Part shown: positions 36,675-46,783 of the stretch, in pieces | Position numbering within the stretch: position 1 is the stretch's first letter | How the letters are laid out: each line of letters begins with the position of its first letter | Assembly (NCBI GenBank): GCA_016873895.1 | Contig: VGVV01000002.1 | Location: 314,152-378,151 of the forward strand | DNA from: Ignavibacteria bacterium | GTDB lineage: Bacteria > Bacteroidota > Ignavibacteria > Kapaibacteriales > Kapaibacteriaceae | Direction: 5' to 3' | DNA: 64,000 nucleotides | Notes under the pieces: model-generated | What the model saw: the letters and a program-made list of their open reading frames with translations, nothing else | What the model was told of the DNA's origin: nothing | Databases searched by the model: none | Translations under genes and position numbers: made by a program

Positions 36675-37601
36675 TTAGTACATAACAAGTATCAAAACGC
36701 CAATAACACTGATCACCGCACCAAGCACCGAACGCAAGCGTAGGGGCTCATGATACACGATGCGGGCGATGATCATAACGACGAATGGTACTAACGAAAA
36801 AATGGTCTGTGCAATGGCAGCCGGAAGTTGCTGTGCTGCTAGCAGTGATAACGTAACTCCAATCACTGGTCCTGAAAGTGCACCCAAGAGCATAGCATTA
36901 CGCGAAGGCGAGTCGCTAAATGCATCTCTAAGCGGACGATGTGGGGCACGTCGGAGCACATCAAGCGCATATGTTGCCATAAAGCCGATCGTCATCCGCA
37001 CGAACGTAGCGTGAAAAGGTGCAATCATGGCCAAGCCGGAATCAGACATCATACCCTTCTTTGCAAGCACCAAACCTACCCCTTGGAAAATTGCGCCACC
37101 AACCCCGAGAACTGCACCCCAGAAGAACGAGCCATAGCCTTCGTTTGCCACGTCATCCTTCTCTTGCGATGAATACGTAGCTGTGATCACGCCAACAAGA
37201 GTAATGGTGATTCCGGCGATATCGATCAGGGATATGTGCTCGTTGAGTAGCAATAGAGCCGCAGCTGCAGCAGCAGCTGGCGAAAGTGTACCTATAACGC
37301 TCTGACGCCGGGCACCAAGAATGCGCAACGATGTAAATCCAAACAGGTCGCCAATTGTAAGTCCGACAATTCCACTCAGACCTAGCCACAACCACGATTG
37401 AAATGTGGTGCGTGTTACGATCTCCCATGGCCATGCTACAACCGTAACGCTCGCCAAGATCAGTGTGGCGCAAACGGCAAGCATCAGACGTGCCCGATTC
37501 AATAATCCGGGGTCGATTTTGCGAGAGGCGCGAAGGAAAGCAAACGTACCTACGCTCCAAGAGAGAAGCGTTCCTGTAGCTGCAAGGAATCCTAGGAACA
37601 T
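36675..37601 (-). CDS. DMT/EamA family transporter
   Basis: About 10 TM helices; LGLSGIVGLTIGD and duplicated EamA pattern. Confidence 0.88.
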   Translation of the reverse strand: MFLGFLAATGTLLSWSVGTFAFLRASRKIDPGLLNRARLMLAVCATLILASVTVVAWPWEIVTRTTFQSWLWLGLSGIVGLTIGDLFGFTSLRILGARRQSVIGTLSPAAAAAAALLLLNEHISLIDIAGITITLVGVITATYSSQEKDDVANEGYGSFFWGAVLGVGGAIFQGVGLVLAKKGMMSDSGLAMIAPFHATFVRMTIGFMATYALDVLRRAPHRPLRDAFSDSPSRNAMLLGALSGPVIGVTLSLLAAQQLPAAIAQTIFSLVPFVVMIIARIVYHEPLRLRSVLGAVISVIGVLILVMY

Positions 37602-37608
37602 GATGGAA

Positions 37609-37650
37609 GAGAGTGGAGAGTGGAGAATAGAGAATAGAGAGTAGAGAGAG
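37609..37650. repeat. Heptamer tandem array (GAGA(G/A)T(G/A)), 6 units
   Basis: GAGAGTG GAGAGTG GAGAATA GAGAATA GAGAGTA GAGAGAG. Confidence 0.75.
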
Positions 37651-37661
37651 AAGGGGCGAGT

Positions 37662-37689
37662 CCAAAAGAAATGGGCGCCGAAGCGCCCA
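37662..37689 (-). terminator. Intrinsic terminator with UUCG tetraloop
   Basis: Minus strand TGGGCGC-TTCG-GCGCCCA-TTTCTTTT. Confidence 0.85.
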
Positions 37690-37693
37690 CTAC

Positions 37694-37789
37694 CTATTTA
37701 TTCTTCTTTTTGTGACGGTTCTTACGAAGCCGTTTTTTGCGCTTGTGCGTTGCCATTTTATGACGCTTGCGCTTCTTTCCGCATGGCAT
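37694..37789 (-). CDS. Small basic ribosomal protein bS22-like (AURKAIP1/COX24 domain), 31 aa
   Basis: Translated by hand as MPCGKKRKRHKMATHKRKKRLRKNRHKKKNK; GAGG upstream; own terminator; below the ORF-track length cutoff. Confidence 0.9.
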   Translation of the reverse strand: MPCGKKRKRHKMATHKRKKRLRKNRHKKKNK

Positions 37790-37827
37790 GATGTTCCTCG
37801 TTTGTGTCGTTTAACAAAAATTCGATT

Positions 37828-38421
37828 TTATGTCGTTGTCTCTAATTGTTGAACAGCTAAAGCTGCACGTTTTCCGATGTCAGACGCAGGGTCTGCTTTG
37901 TAGCATTCTCTAAACGTTTCCAAAGCTTTCTCCGTATTGCTCTCTTCAATGTACATAACCGCAAGATTGAAGAGTGCCGACTGGTTCTTCGGTTCCTTGG
38001 CTATGACTGCCAGCAAGACGTTCTTACCTTTTTCAACATTGCCCGACTGAAACAGTGCGTACGCATAATCGATACGAACTGCTGTCTTGGACGGATCTAT
38101 GCTCGTGAGAAACGTCTCGTAATACTGTGCCGCCTTATCAAATTGTCCAAGATCGTAACTGACATTCCCGGCTGAAATTACCATCATGCTGTCGAGCGGA
38201 TGGGTCGCAATCGAGTCTTCCAGTGTTTTCAATAATTCCGCCATGCGCTTTTGACGCAGGGCAGCCTCTCGTTCCACAGCCCGCTGCTTTGCCAGCGGAG
38301 CACCCTCTTCCTGCGCTTGTTGCAAGGCAAGCCTACTGAGTGCATATGATCCTCCAGAAACAACTACCACCAATGCTATGGCCAGAGCCACGGCATTGCC
38401 GCTACTGGAGGTGCCCATCAC
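37828..38421 (-). CDS. Membrane-anchored tetratricopeptide repeat protein
   Basis: N-terminal TM helix; TPR motifs (GNVSYDLGQFDKAAQYY, ALFNLAVMY). Confidence 0.8.
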   Translation of the reverse strand: MMGTSSSGNAVALAIALVVVVSGGSYALSRLALQQAQEEGAPLAKQRAVEREAALRQKRMAELLKTLEDSIATHPLDSMMVISAGNVSYDLGQFDKAAQYYETFLTSIDPSKTAVRIDYAYALFQSGNVEKGKNVLLAVIAKEPKNQSALFNLAVMYIEESNTEKALETFRECYKADPASDIGKRAALAVQQLETTT

Positions 38422-38744
38422 TGCGTATCAGGTGTGTTCTGTGAAGTAGAGCCGGCACGGAGCTTGTCGTGAACCTTCTCCTGAAACTCAGAACTAACTT
38501 TAAACGCTGGGATGAAGCGTTCCTCGAGTGGCACGGGATCCCCAGTACGAGGGTTCCGAGCCATGCGAGGCTTCCTGCTCTTGACACTAAAAACGCCAAA
38601 GCCACGGAGTTCTATTCTGTGACCTTCTGCAAGTGCGCCAATGATGCTGAGGAGGAAGCCATCGACTACCGCCTTCGTCTCGAGCTTTGTAAGCCCAGTC
38701 TCACCGGCGATCTTATCGACGATATCAGCTTTCGTGACGTTCAA
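38418..38744 (-). CDS. HU/IHF family DNA-binding protein
   Basis: TKADIV, IELRGFGVFSVK..RMARNPRTG and PAFK motifs; TTG start; TATGTTTG promoter-like element at 38828-38835. Confidence 0.93.
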   Translation of the reverse strand: MNVTKADIVDKIAGETGLTKLETKAVVDGFLLSIIGALAEGHRIELRGFGVFSVKSRKPRMARNPRTGDPVPLEERFIPAFKVSSEFQEKVHDKLRAGSTSQNTPDTQ

Positions 38745-38920
38745 CCTGACCTCTTTAAACAGGATACAATAGTGTTACTGTGTTTGCGTGATTTAGACGG
38801 CATAAGTCACCTACGTTCTGCGGATGGCAAACATACGAAAGCCCCTTATTCTGCACAACCTTAGCCGTGGCCATGGCATCTAATTCCTATCTTTGTGGTT
38901 CGTTACGTATTGGAGGAAGA

Positions 38921-39757
38921 GTGACCTGGTCCAAGGAATCGATCTCAGTCCAGGAGCAACAAGTGCAACTGTCGCTCATGAATTCTGGTCGCATGCCAAA
39001 GCATGTGGCAGTTATCATGGATGGCAATGGCCGATGGGCAGAAGAGCGTGGCAAACCGCGATTTGAGGGGCACCGAGAGGGCATGGAGCGCGTGCGCTCT
39101 ACCGTGAAGACATGCTCCAAGCTCGGCGTGTCCTACCTTACACTGTATGCGTTTTCCATCGAGAATTGGAAGCGCCCTGTGCCAGAAGTGCGTTTTCTGA
39201 TGTCACTTTTGGAATCCTACCTTGTACGAGAGGTCGACGAACTAGATGCCAACAACGTGCGAATCTGCGCCATCGGAAAGATAAATGCACTACCCAAAGC
39301 CGTGCAGAAGATTCTGCAGTCTGCCATGGAGCGCACAAAAAAGAATGATGGTCTTACATTAACACTAGCGCTTAGCTATGGGTCGCGTTGGGACATCCAA
39401 CGGGCGGTGCAGGTAATGGCAATGGATGTTCGCAGAGGCAAGCTATCTCCCGAGGACCTTACTGAGCAGACACTTGCTAGTTATCTGCAGACTTCTGGAA
39501 TGCCTGATCCTGACTTAATCATCCGAACGAGTGGAGAGATGCGCTTGAGCAATTTTCTTCTCTGGGAGGCGGCATATGCAGAGTTGTACGTAACAGAAAC
39601 ACTCTGGCCTGAGTTTACAGAGCAAGAGCTCTACAAGGGGCTTGCCAGCTATGTTTTGCGTGAACGCCGTTTTGGTAAGACATCTGCCCAGGTGCAACCT
39701 GAGAGCCAAGCGCAGTCACGATCTACTCTGGAACGGATTCTTGATGCGCTTACGTAA
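38921..39757 (+). CDS. uppS: Undecaprenyl diphosphate synthase (isoprenyl transferase)
   Basis: HVAVIMDGNGRWA, YAFSIENWKRP and DLIIRTSGEMRLSNFLLW motifs; GTG start after GGAGG; TATCTTTG at 38888-38895. Confidence 0.95.
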   Translation: MTWSKESISVQEQQVQLSLMNSGRMPKHVAVIMDGNGRWAEERGKPRFEGHREGMERVRSTVKTCSKLGVSYLTLYAFSIENWKRPVPEVRFLMSLLESYLVREVDELDANNVRICAIGKINALPKAVQKILQSAMERTKKNDGLTLTLALSYGSRWDIQRAVQVMAMDVRRGKLSPEDLTEQTLASYLQTSGMPDPDLIIRTSGEMRLSNFLLWEAAYAELYVTETLWPEFTEQELYKGLASYVLRERRFGKTSAQVQPESQAQSRSTLERILDALT

Positions 39758-42128
39758 TCCTGCGCTGCTGTTTGTCGTGATTCTGATGCTGGGTACAAAG
39801 GCCATTCAGGCGCAAGCACCCCAACAGCGCAGTCCAATTATCGCAGGCATCACTGTAGAAGGCCTTACCCAAGGGGCAGACATGCAAACCGTGATTGCCT
39901 ATTCGGGATTGCGCGTTGGGCAAGAGGCACGTCCAGACGACCTCATGAACGCGGTGAAAAATCTCTGGAACCGCAGAACGTTTAACGACGTCAAGATTGA
40001 AAAAGAGCGCGAAACAGCACTTGGCGTGTTCCTTGTGATTAAGGTGGCTCCAATGCCTCGGGTGAGAAATGTTACCATTATTGGTAACGACGAAGTTTCG
40101 ATTTCGGAGATCATGAAGGTAATGGACAAGCGCTTTGGCGATATCCTCTCGCCGTATGATGAGTACCTTGTTCGCGAATCCATTCGTAAGCTCTACGCAA
40201 AAGAAGGCCTGCTCTTTGCTCGTGTAAAAACAACGACAACATCTGCAGACTCAGCAAACTTCTACGACCTCGACATTGAGATCGACGAGGGGGTTGAGTT
40301 CTCGGTTGCTCACATCGAGGTAGAGGGTAACGATACATACACAGACAATCAGATAGCTAAGGCATTTGAAGACACGCAGACGAAAAGCTGGTGGGAGATC
40401 TGGAAGTCTTCAAAGTTCGATGCCGCCAAGTATGAGGAAGACAAGAAGAAGTTAGCTACGTGGTTCCTCGATAACGGTTTGCTTGATGCCGAAATTCTGG
40501 GCGATACCGTACTGTTTAACGATGAGCAACAAACAGTTACCATCGTTCTACGCATCAAGGAAGGTAAAAAGTACTACGTACGGAACGTACAGTTTACTGG
40601 CCAAACAATCTACGCAGAGAACATTCTCTTGCGTCAGCTTGGCATTGAGAAGGGCGAGGTCTACAACGACACAAAGTTCCGTCAGCAAATTGAAATCAAC
40701 GAAGATCAATCAGATGTAAAATCGCTATACGCAGACAATGGGTACTTAGCAGCCAGGATTGAACCTGAGATTCTGCGTGTGGCAGAGGACAGCATTGACA
40801 TCGTCGTTCGTATCGTTGAAGGCGATCAATACACAGTGCGCCGCGTTGAAATCGTTGGCAACACAAAAACGCGCGATCGTGTCATCCGACGTGAGCTTTT
40901 TATTCGTCCGGGTGATTATTTCAATCGGGCAGCTCTGATACGCAGTATCAGGGGGCTTGGAGTCTTAAACTTCTTTAACCCAGAGGCGCTCAAGCCTCAG
41001 GTTACTCCCGTTGACAAAACCAAGGTAGATATCGTACTCAAAGTAGAGGAGCGCTCTACAGACACCTTTAACGCATCGGTAGGTTTTGCCGGTTCGTTTG
41101 GGCTTACAGCCTCGGTGGGTATTACCCTGAATAATTTCGACATCAGCGAGCCATTTAGCGGTGGCGCAGGACAGGTGTTGGCCTTGCAGTTCGAGCAAGG
41201 TCAGCAAACACGCCTGCAAACCTTGCAGCTGTCGTTTACCGAGCCATGGTTGTTTGGCAAGCCAACGTCGATCGGTTTCAATATCTACGACACGAAGCAG
41301 AACTTTGTTTTCAATACACGTAGAACAGGCGCGCAAGTAAACTTTGGCCGACGTCTACGCTGGCCCGATGATTACTTCCGTGCCGATTGGAGTATGTCGT
41401 TCGAACGTATCGAATCCGACATCGATAACATTTGGTCGCGAGCTGGTGTAAATACCGGTCTGATCTTCTCACAAACCATATCTCGTACCAGTTTCGACAA
41501 TATCATATTTCCAACCTCTGGTTCACGGTTCTCGTTGGCTCTGCGCGGAACAGCAGCTGCGCTCGGCATCGGTACGACAGACTTTGGCAAGATTGGTATG
41601 AATTTCGACATGGTAAATCCGTTGCTTCAAATCGGCGGAAATAATCGTCTTGTGCTCTTCATGGGATCTGAGATTGGCTACGTCAGTGGCATACGAGTAG
41701 ACACAACCATGCCGCCTAGTGAGCTATACTACATGGGTGGCAATGGTCTTGGTGGGTTTAATGTAACGCCATTACGGGGCTATCCAGATAACTCAATTGG
41801 ACCAAGCAGGGGAGGCGCAGACGGCGGACGCCCAACACCACAAGGTGGTCGTGTGCTGTCGCGTTTTGTAACAGAGCTTCGTTTTGCACTAACTCTCAGC
41901 CCCTTCCCAATCTATTTACTTAGTTTTGCCGAAGCTGGAAATGTCTGGGCAAGCTTAAAAGAAGCGGATCCGTTCAATCTCAAGCGTTCGGTTGGTGTGG
42001 GCATGCGATTGCTCTTGCAGCCGATCGGATTGCTTGGTTTTGACGTTGGATATGGCTTCGACGATAACCCCATCATTCCGGGCTATCAGCGTTCTGGGTG
42101 GCAGTTTCACTTCCAGTTCGGTCGCTGA
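39744..42128 (+). CDS. bamA: Outer membrane protein assembly factor BamA
   Basis: POTRA repeats (GNTKTRDRVIRRE), LRGY motif, C-terminal WQFHFQFG. Confidence 0.95.
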   Translation: MRLRNPALLFVVILMLGTKAIQAQAPQQRSPIIAGITVEGLTQGADMQTVIAYSGLRVGQEARPDDLMNAVKNLWNRRTFNDVKIEKERETALGVFLVIKVAPMPRVRNVTIIGNDEVSISEIMKVMDKRFGDILSPYDEYLVRESIRKLYAKEGLLFARVKTTTTSADSANFYDLDIEIDEGVEFSVAHIEVEGNDTYTDNQIAKAFEDTQTKSWWEIWKSSKFDAAKYEEDKKKLATWFLDNGLLDAEILGDTVLFNDEQQTVTIVLRIKEGKKYYVRNVQFTGQTIYAENILLRQLGIEKGEVYNDTKFRQQIEINEDQSDVKSLYADNGYLAARIEPEILRVAEDSIDIVVRIVEGDQYTVRRVEIVGNTKTRDRVIRRELFIRPGDYFNRAALIRSIRGLGVLNFFNPEALKPQVTPVDKTKVDIVLKVEERSTDTFNASVGFAGSFGLTASVGITLNNFDISEPFSGGAGQVLALQFEQGQQTRLQTLQLSFTEPWLFGKPTSIGFNIYDTKQNFVFNTRRTGAQVNFGRRLRWPDDYFRADWSMSFERIESDIDNIWSRAGVNTGLIFSQTISRTSFDNIIFPTSGSRFSLALRGTAAALGIGTTDFGKIGMNFDMVNPLLQIGGNNRLVLFMGSEIGYVSGIRVDTTMPPSELYYMGGNGLGGFNVTPLRGYPDNSIGPSRGGADGGRPTPQGGRVLSRFVTELRFALTLSPFPIYLLSFAEAGNVWASLKEADPFNLKRSVGVGMRLLLQPIGLLGFDVGYGFDDNPIIPGYQRSGWQFHFQFGR

Positions 42129-42184
42129 ACAACAGGTATGTAACAGGTCAAAAAATGTATAACGTTTTACAACAGGATACCATC

Positions 42185-42700
42185 ATGACGGTTCGACTCA
42201 TCATTGTTACTTTAGCAGCAATTATCACAACTACAGCAGTTGGCGCACAGAATTACAAAATCGGTGTAGTAAACACCGAGGTTATCATGAAAGAGCTTCC
42301 CGAAACAGTAAAGGCAAGCAAGGCTATCGAAGAGCAGCAGTTAAAATACCGCGATACGCTGCAAATGATGCAGAAGGAATTTGAATCACGTGCTGAAAAC
42401 TACGGTAAGCAGGAAGCCATGATGACTGCTGATGCCAAGCGCAAGGAACAAGAGGCTCTGATGGCTCTGCAGCAGCGCTTCCGCGCATATCAGGAAGAGA
42501 AGACTGTTGAAATGAAGAAGATGCAGGAAGACCTGTTGCAGCCGATTCGTCAAAAGGTTACCGACGCAATCAATGCCGTTGCCAAGGAAGAGAAGCTTAC
42601 AATTGTTCTCGAGAAAGCCTTTGGTCTTGTACTGTATAGTGAAGACAAGGCTGATGTGACATACAAGGTGCTCGACCGGATGAAGCGTGGCAGCAACTAA
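42185..42700 (+). CDS. skp: Skp/OmpH periplasmic chaperone
   Basis: KIGVVN, AVAKEEKLTIV and DVTYKVL motifs; follows bamA. Confidence 0.88.
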   Translation: MTVRLIIVTLAAIITTTAVGAQNYKIGVVNTEVIMKELPETVKASKAIEEQQLKYRDTLQMMQKEFESRAENYGKQEAMMTADAKRKEQEALMALQQRFRAYQEEKTVEMKKMQEDLLQPIRQKVTDAINAVAKEEKLTIVLEKAFGLVLYSEDKADVTYKVLDRMKRGSN

Positions 42701-42760
42701 TGGATTCACACCATTTGCGATTGTGAAACGTTGCTCCTAGCACACAATCGGAGTATTACC

Positions 42761-43549
42761 ATGAGATATTGGATCGTAAGCATACTTTCCCTTTTGTGCG
42801 CAGCAGAGCTTGCAGCGCAGAAGATCGGTTACGTTTCGACAGATGCGGTCCGTGCACAATATGAGTCGAATAAGCAGGCGCAAGAACGTTTGGATGCCTA
42901 CGTAGACGAGTGGAAACAGGAGCTTGCTCAACGTCAGCGCGATATCGATGAGCTGGATCTTGAGATTAAGAAGAACCGCCTGATATGGAGCGATCAAGAA
43001 CGTGTTGCCAAAGAGAAAGAGATTGATGAGAAGCGTCGCGAGAGTGACAACTTTGCGCGTATGAAATTCGAACCAGGCGGCGATCATGATCAGCAGGCTG
43101 AGCAGCTCTTTAAACCAATCTGGAATAAGGTGTATGCTGCCGTGCAGAAGGTAAGTGCCCAAGAGGGCTACGATATGGTATGGGACAAAAGCACGCAGCC
43201 GCTGGTATACGTGAACGCGAAGTACGATATCACTGTAAAAGTGATGAAAGAGCTTGGCATCGACGTAGGCGATCTCGAAGCAAAGCAGAAAGAAGCTATT
43301 GATGGAGACCCACGTAACAAGCGGCAGGAAGAACCTCGACGCCGTAAGTCTCGTAGAGCTACTACGGAACAGCTAACAACGTCATCTTCGCCCCAAGAGC
43401 CATCTACAACACCCATTACTACCCCCGCGGTACTCGATAACGGTTTGATGCCCAATGGTTTGCCACCTAACGGGCAAACACCGGGAATTGGTCCAGCCAG
43501 ATCGATGCCTAACCAAGAATCAGACACCACAGGCAAGGGGCCAAAGTAA
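42761..43549 (+). CDS. skp: Second Skp/OmpH protein with low-complexity C-terminal tail
   Basis: [15 protein letters not shown] and DITVKV motifs; Pro/Thr/Gly-rich tail. Confidence 0.85.
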   Translation: MRYWIVSILSLLCAAELAAQKIGYVSTDAVRAQYESNKQAQERLDAYVDEWKQELAQRQRDIDELDLEIKKNRLIWSDQERVAKEKEIDEKRRESDNFARMKFEPGGDHDQQAEQLFKPIWNKVYAAVQKVSAQEGYDMVWDKSTQPLVYVNAKYDITVKVMKELGIDVGDLEAKQKEAIDGDPRNKRQEEPRRRKSRRATTEQLTTSSSPQEPSTTPITTPAVLDNGLMPNGLPPNGQTPGIGPARSMPNQESDTTGKGPK

Positions 43550-44598
43550 TGTTGCAGATTGCTCCCAAAACGGTGAGTGATCTTGCGGCTGCACTTGGCG
43601 GGCAGGTTCGTGGACGTGACGACGTTGTTATCTCGTCTATTGCAGCTCTCTCAGTGGCTTCTACTGGCTCAATCTCATTTTATGGTTCAGATAATTTCCG
43701 AACGCAATTTCTCGCAACACAGGCCTCGTGTCTGCTTGTGCGTGATGCTGATGCAGATGCAGCCCCCTGTGCCTCTGTTATTGTGGTTGAGAATCCATAC
43801 CAGTCTTGCATCTCGTTGATTCAGCATTGCTATGTTCCTAGCAAGCTATCTCCGGGATATCGCTCTTCGAGCGCTTCGATAGATCCCACAGCCATAATTC
43901 ATGAATCAGCTGCTATAGGTCCTGGCTGTGTGGTCGGACGCGAATGTAGCATTGGTGAGAATGTTGAGTTGGTGGCTAATGTTGTTCTCTATCCGCGAAC
44001 AACAATTGCAGGCGGCACCACAGTGCATGCGAATGTTACGATCTATCAAGACACGGTTATTGGAGAGCATTGCATCATTCATGCTGGCTCTGTTGTAGGC
44101 GCAGATGGTTTTGGCTACGTGGAGTTATCGGATAAGAGTTATCAGAAGATCCCGCAAGTTGGCAATGTTGTTCTGGGTAGTTATGTCGAGATTGGCGCTA
44201 ACGTAACGATAGATCGCGCGGCGCTTGAATCTACAGTGATTGAAGATGGCGTAAAGATTGACAATCTTGTTCAGATTGCCCACGGAGTAAGAGTTGGTGA
44301 GAATACTGGCATTGCAGCGCAGGTAGGCATTGCCGGCTCCACTGTTATAGGAAAACGAAACAGGCTTGCAGGGCAGGTTGGTATTGCCGGACACACGACC
44401 ACTACGGACGATGTTGTAGTGATGGGGCAAACAGGTGTTACCAAGTCTATCGAAGTGCCAGGTGTCTATTCGGGTAATCCAGCGCAACCACATATGATAC
44501 AACTGCGCCAAGACGTCGCTCTCAAAGACATCGTAAGCATACAGCAGAAGTTGAATGAGTTATCTCTCGCTATCAAAGCGCTTGAATCGAAAGACTGA
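43549..44598 (+). CDS. lpxD: UDP-3-O-acyl-glucosamine N-acyltransferase
   Basis: Hexapeptide repeats; GADGFGY..KIPQVG and [10 protein letters not shown] motifs. Confidence 0.95.
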   Translation: MLQIAPKTVSDLAAALGGQVRGRDDVVISSIAALSVASTGSISFYGSDNFRTQFLATQASCLLVRDADADAAPCASVIVVENPYQSCISLIQHCYVPSKLSPGYRSSSASIDPTAIIHESAAIGPGCVVGRECSIGENVELVANVVLYPRTTIAGGTTVHANVTIYQDTVIGEHCIIHAGSVVGADGFGYVELSDKSYQKIPQVGNVVLGSYVEIGANVTIDRAALESTVIEDGVKIDNLVQIAHGVRVGENTGIAAQVGIAGSTVIGKRNRLAGQVGIAGHTTTTDDVVVMGQTGVTKSIEVPGVYSGNPAQPHMIQLRQDVALKDIVSIQQKLNELSLAIKALESKD

Positions 44599-44601
44599 TA
44601 T

Positions 44602-46011
44602 ATGAGTATGAAGCAACGGACAATTGGAGCTGAAGTAACGATGGACGGTGTCGGACTCCACACCGGAAGTCTAACGTCCATGACCTTTAAACCTGCCGCT
44701 GAGAATACTGGTTATCGATTTGTGCGAGCTGATTTAGCGGGAAGTCCAGTAATCCCCGCAATAGTCGATAACGTAGTAGAGATTGCACGCGGCACAACTC
44801 TTGCAGTTGGTGAAGCCCGAGTTTATACAGTCGAGCATGTCTTGGCAGCACTTGTAGGCATGGGAGTAGACAACTGCACGATAGAGCTCACGAGTAATGA
44901 GCCCCCTGTTGGAGATGGCTCGTCGATGCCCTATGTTGAAATGATACAAAAGGCTGGAATTGTAGAGCAGCAAACGGTCCGTAACGAAATTATCATTGAC
45001 GAGCCCATTAGATATGTTGATGAGCAGCGGGGTACGGAAATCGTCGCGCTCCCCAACGATGATTTCCGCGTAACGGTGATGGTTGACTACAAGAATCCAG
45101 CTCTGGGCAGTCAGCACACCGGATTGTTCGATATGGACAAGGAATTCGTAACCGAGTTCGCACCGGCACGTACATTCTGCTTCCTTCACGAAGTTGTGGC
45201 CTTGCACAAACAGGGGCTTATTCAAGGGGGCAACCTAGATAATGCGATCGTTATCGTTGATCAGGAAATGTCGGATGAGGAGCTGCGTGCAACGTTAGCC
45301 TCGATGGGCGTTTTAGGAAATGCGGTTCTTGGAACCACCGGTTTTCTCAACAACAATGCACTGCGATATCCAAACGAACCCGCGCGGCACAAGCTTCTTG
45401 ATATGGTTGGCGATTTAGCCCTTGTTGGGTATCGCATTCGTGGTCAGGTGCTTGCGGCTTTGCCCGGACATGCAGCCAACATTGAGTTCGCGCGTAAGGT
45501 GCGCAAGAAGTACGAGGGTAAGCCAAGTCCACGTAGGTTCTCAACACATGCAGCCTCGACAGTTTTCGATGCTAATGCTATTCTGACGATGCTGCCGCAT
45601 CGTTATCCATTTTTAATGGTTGATCGAATAGTTGAGTTTGCACCGGAGCAGAACAAGATCATCGGGTTAAAGAATATTACGTCTAATGAACCCCAGTTCA
45701 TGGGACACTTCCCGAACAGACCAATATTCCCTGGTGTGCTCATCATGGAGGCCATGGCTCAAACTGGTTGCTTGCTGTTGATTTCCAAGGGGGTTGACCC
45801 CGATAGTAAACTCGTGGTCTTTACTGGGATGAATAATGTAAAGTTCCGCAGGGAGGTTGTTCCAGGCGATCAACTCGTGATGGAATTGGAAATGACTCGA
45901 TTCCGTTTCAATATTTGCCAGTTAGTAGGTCGTGCATATGTAGACGGACAGTTGGCTGCCGAGGCCGAGCTTCAGGCAGCAGTTGTTGACAGAGAGGTTG
46001 CTCCCAAATGA
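44602..46011 (+). CDS. lpxC-fabZ: Bifunctional LpxC deacetylase / FabZ dehydratase
   Basis: GVGLHTG, TVEHVLAA and RHKLLD (LpxC); LPHRYPFLMVD and GHFP..PGVLIMEAMAQ (FabZ). Confidence 0.96.
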   Translation: MSMKQRTIGAEVTMDGVGLHTGSLTSMTFKPAAENTGYRFVRADLAGSPVIPAIVDNVVEIARGTTLAVGEARVYTVEHVLAALVGMGVDNCTIELTSNEPPVGDGSSMPYVEMIQKAGIVEQQTVRNEIIIDEPIRYVDEQRGTEIVALPNDDFRVTVMVDYKNPALGSQHTGLFDMDKEFVTEFAPARTFCFLHEVVALHKQGLIQGGNLDNAIVIVDQEMSDEELRATLASMGVLGNAVLGTTGFLNNNALRYPNEPARHKLLDMVGDLALVGYRIRGQVLAALPGHAANIEFARKVRKKYEGKPSPRRFSTHAASTVFDANAILTMLPHRYPFLMVDRIVEFAPEQNKIIGLKNITSNEPQFMGHFPNRPIFPGVLIMEAMAQTGCLLLISKGVDPDSKLVVFTGMNNVKFRREVVPGDQLVMELEMTRFRFNICQLVGRAYVDGQLAAEAELQAAVVDREVAPK

Positions 46012-46781
46012 TTCATAGTTCAGCAGTTGTTTCACCGAATGCGACGATAGGGCAAGGCGTTTCGATTGGTCCATTCTGTGTCGTTGAAGACGATGTCGTT
46101 ATCGGCGATCGCACCAGACTGCTGAGTCATGTAGTGTTGGGCAACGGTTCTCGTATCGGTACTGATGTCGTGATCCATCCGAGTGCAGTGATTGGCACGG
46201 CACCGCAGGATTTGAAATTTGCCAACGAGCCAACGCTTGCAATCATAGGCGACCGTACAGTGATTCGTGAATGTGTTACGGTAAATCGTGGCACTACGGC
46301 CAGTGGTAAGGCCAGTGTTGGCAGCGACTGCCTGCTTATGGCATACGTACATGTTGCACACGACTGCGTTGTGGGTGATCATGTTATCATGGCTAATGCT
46401 GTGCAGCTCGGTGGGCATGTAGAAGTAGGGGACTGGGCAATTCTGGGCGGCCATACAGGCGTTCATCAATTCTGCAGAATCGGTGCGCACAGCATGATTG
46501 GAGCATGTTCTCGCGTTGTCAAGGATGTTCCTCCGTTTACCCTCTGTGGACGTGAGCCGTTATCTGTGGAAGGTGTTAACGCAGTTGGACTGCGCAGGCG
46601 CGGTTTCTCGGCAGATGTTATAAGCTCGATAGATGAATTCTACCATACGCTTCTGCGTAGTGGTTTTAATAATTCGGACGGACTCCGTGCATATGAAGGA
46701 AATATGAATGGAGACATTACTGCCGAAGTTGATTACTGTATCGGCTTTGTTCGATCCTCTAAGCGCGGTATCTACCGCTAA
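46008..46781 (+). CDS. lpxA: UDP-N-acetylglucosamine acyltransferase
   Basis: PQDLKF, IRECVTVNRGT, HVAHDC and HQFCRIG motifs. Confidence 0.96.
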   Translation: MIHSSAVVSPNATIGQGVSIGPFCVVEDDVVIGDRTRLLSHVVLGNGSRIGTDVVIHPSAVIGTAPQDLKFANEPTLAIIGDRTVIRECVTVNRGTTASGKASVGSDCLLMAYVHVAHDCVVGDHVIMANAVQLGGHVEVGDWAILGGHTGVHQFCRIGAHSMIGACSRVVKDVPPFTLCGREPLSVEGVNAVGLRRRGFSADVISSIDEFYHTLLRSGFNNSDGLRAYEGNMNGDITAEVDYCIGFVRSSKRGIYR

Positions 46782-46783
46782 TC

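Noticed and set aside
44602-46011. LpxC-FabZ fusion as a novelty
   Set aside because: Well-known feature of Bacteroidota/Chlorobi; useful only as a taxonomic marker.
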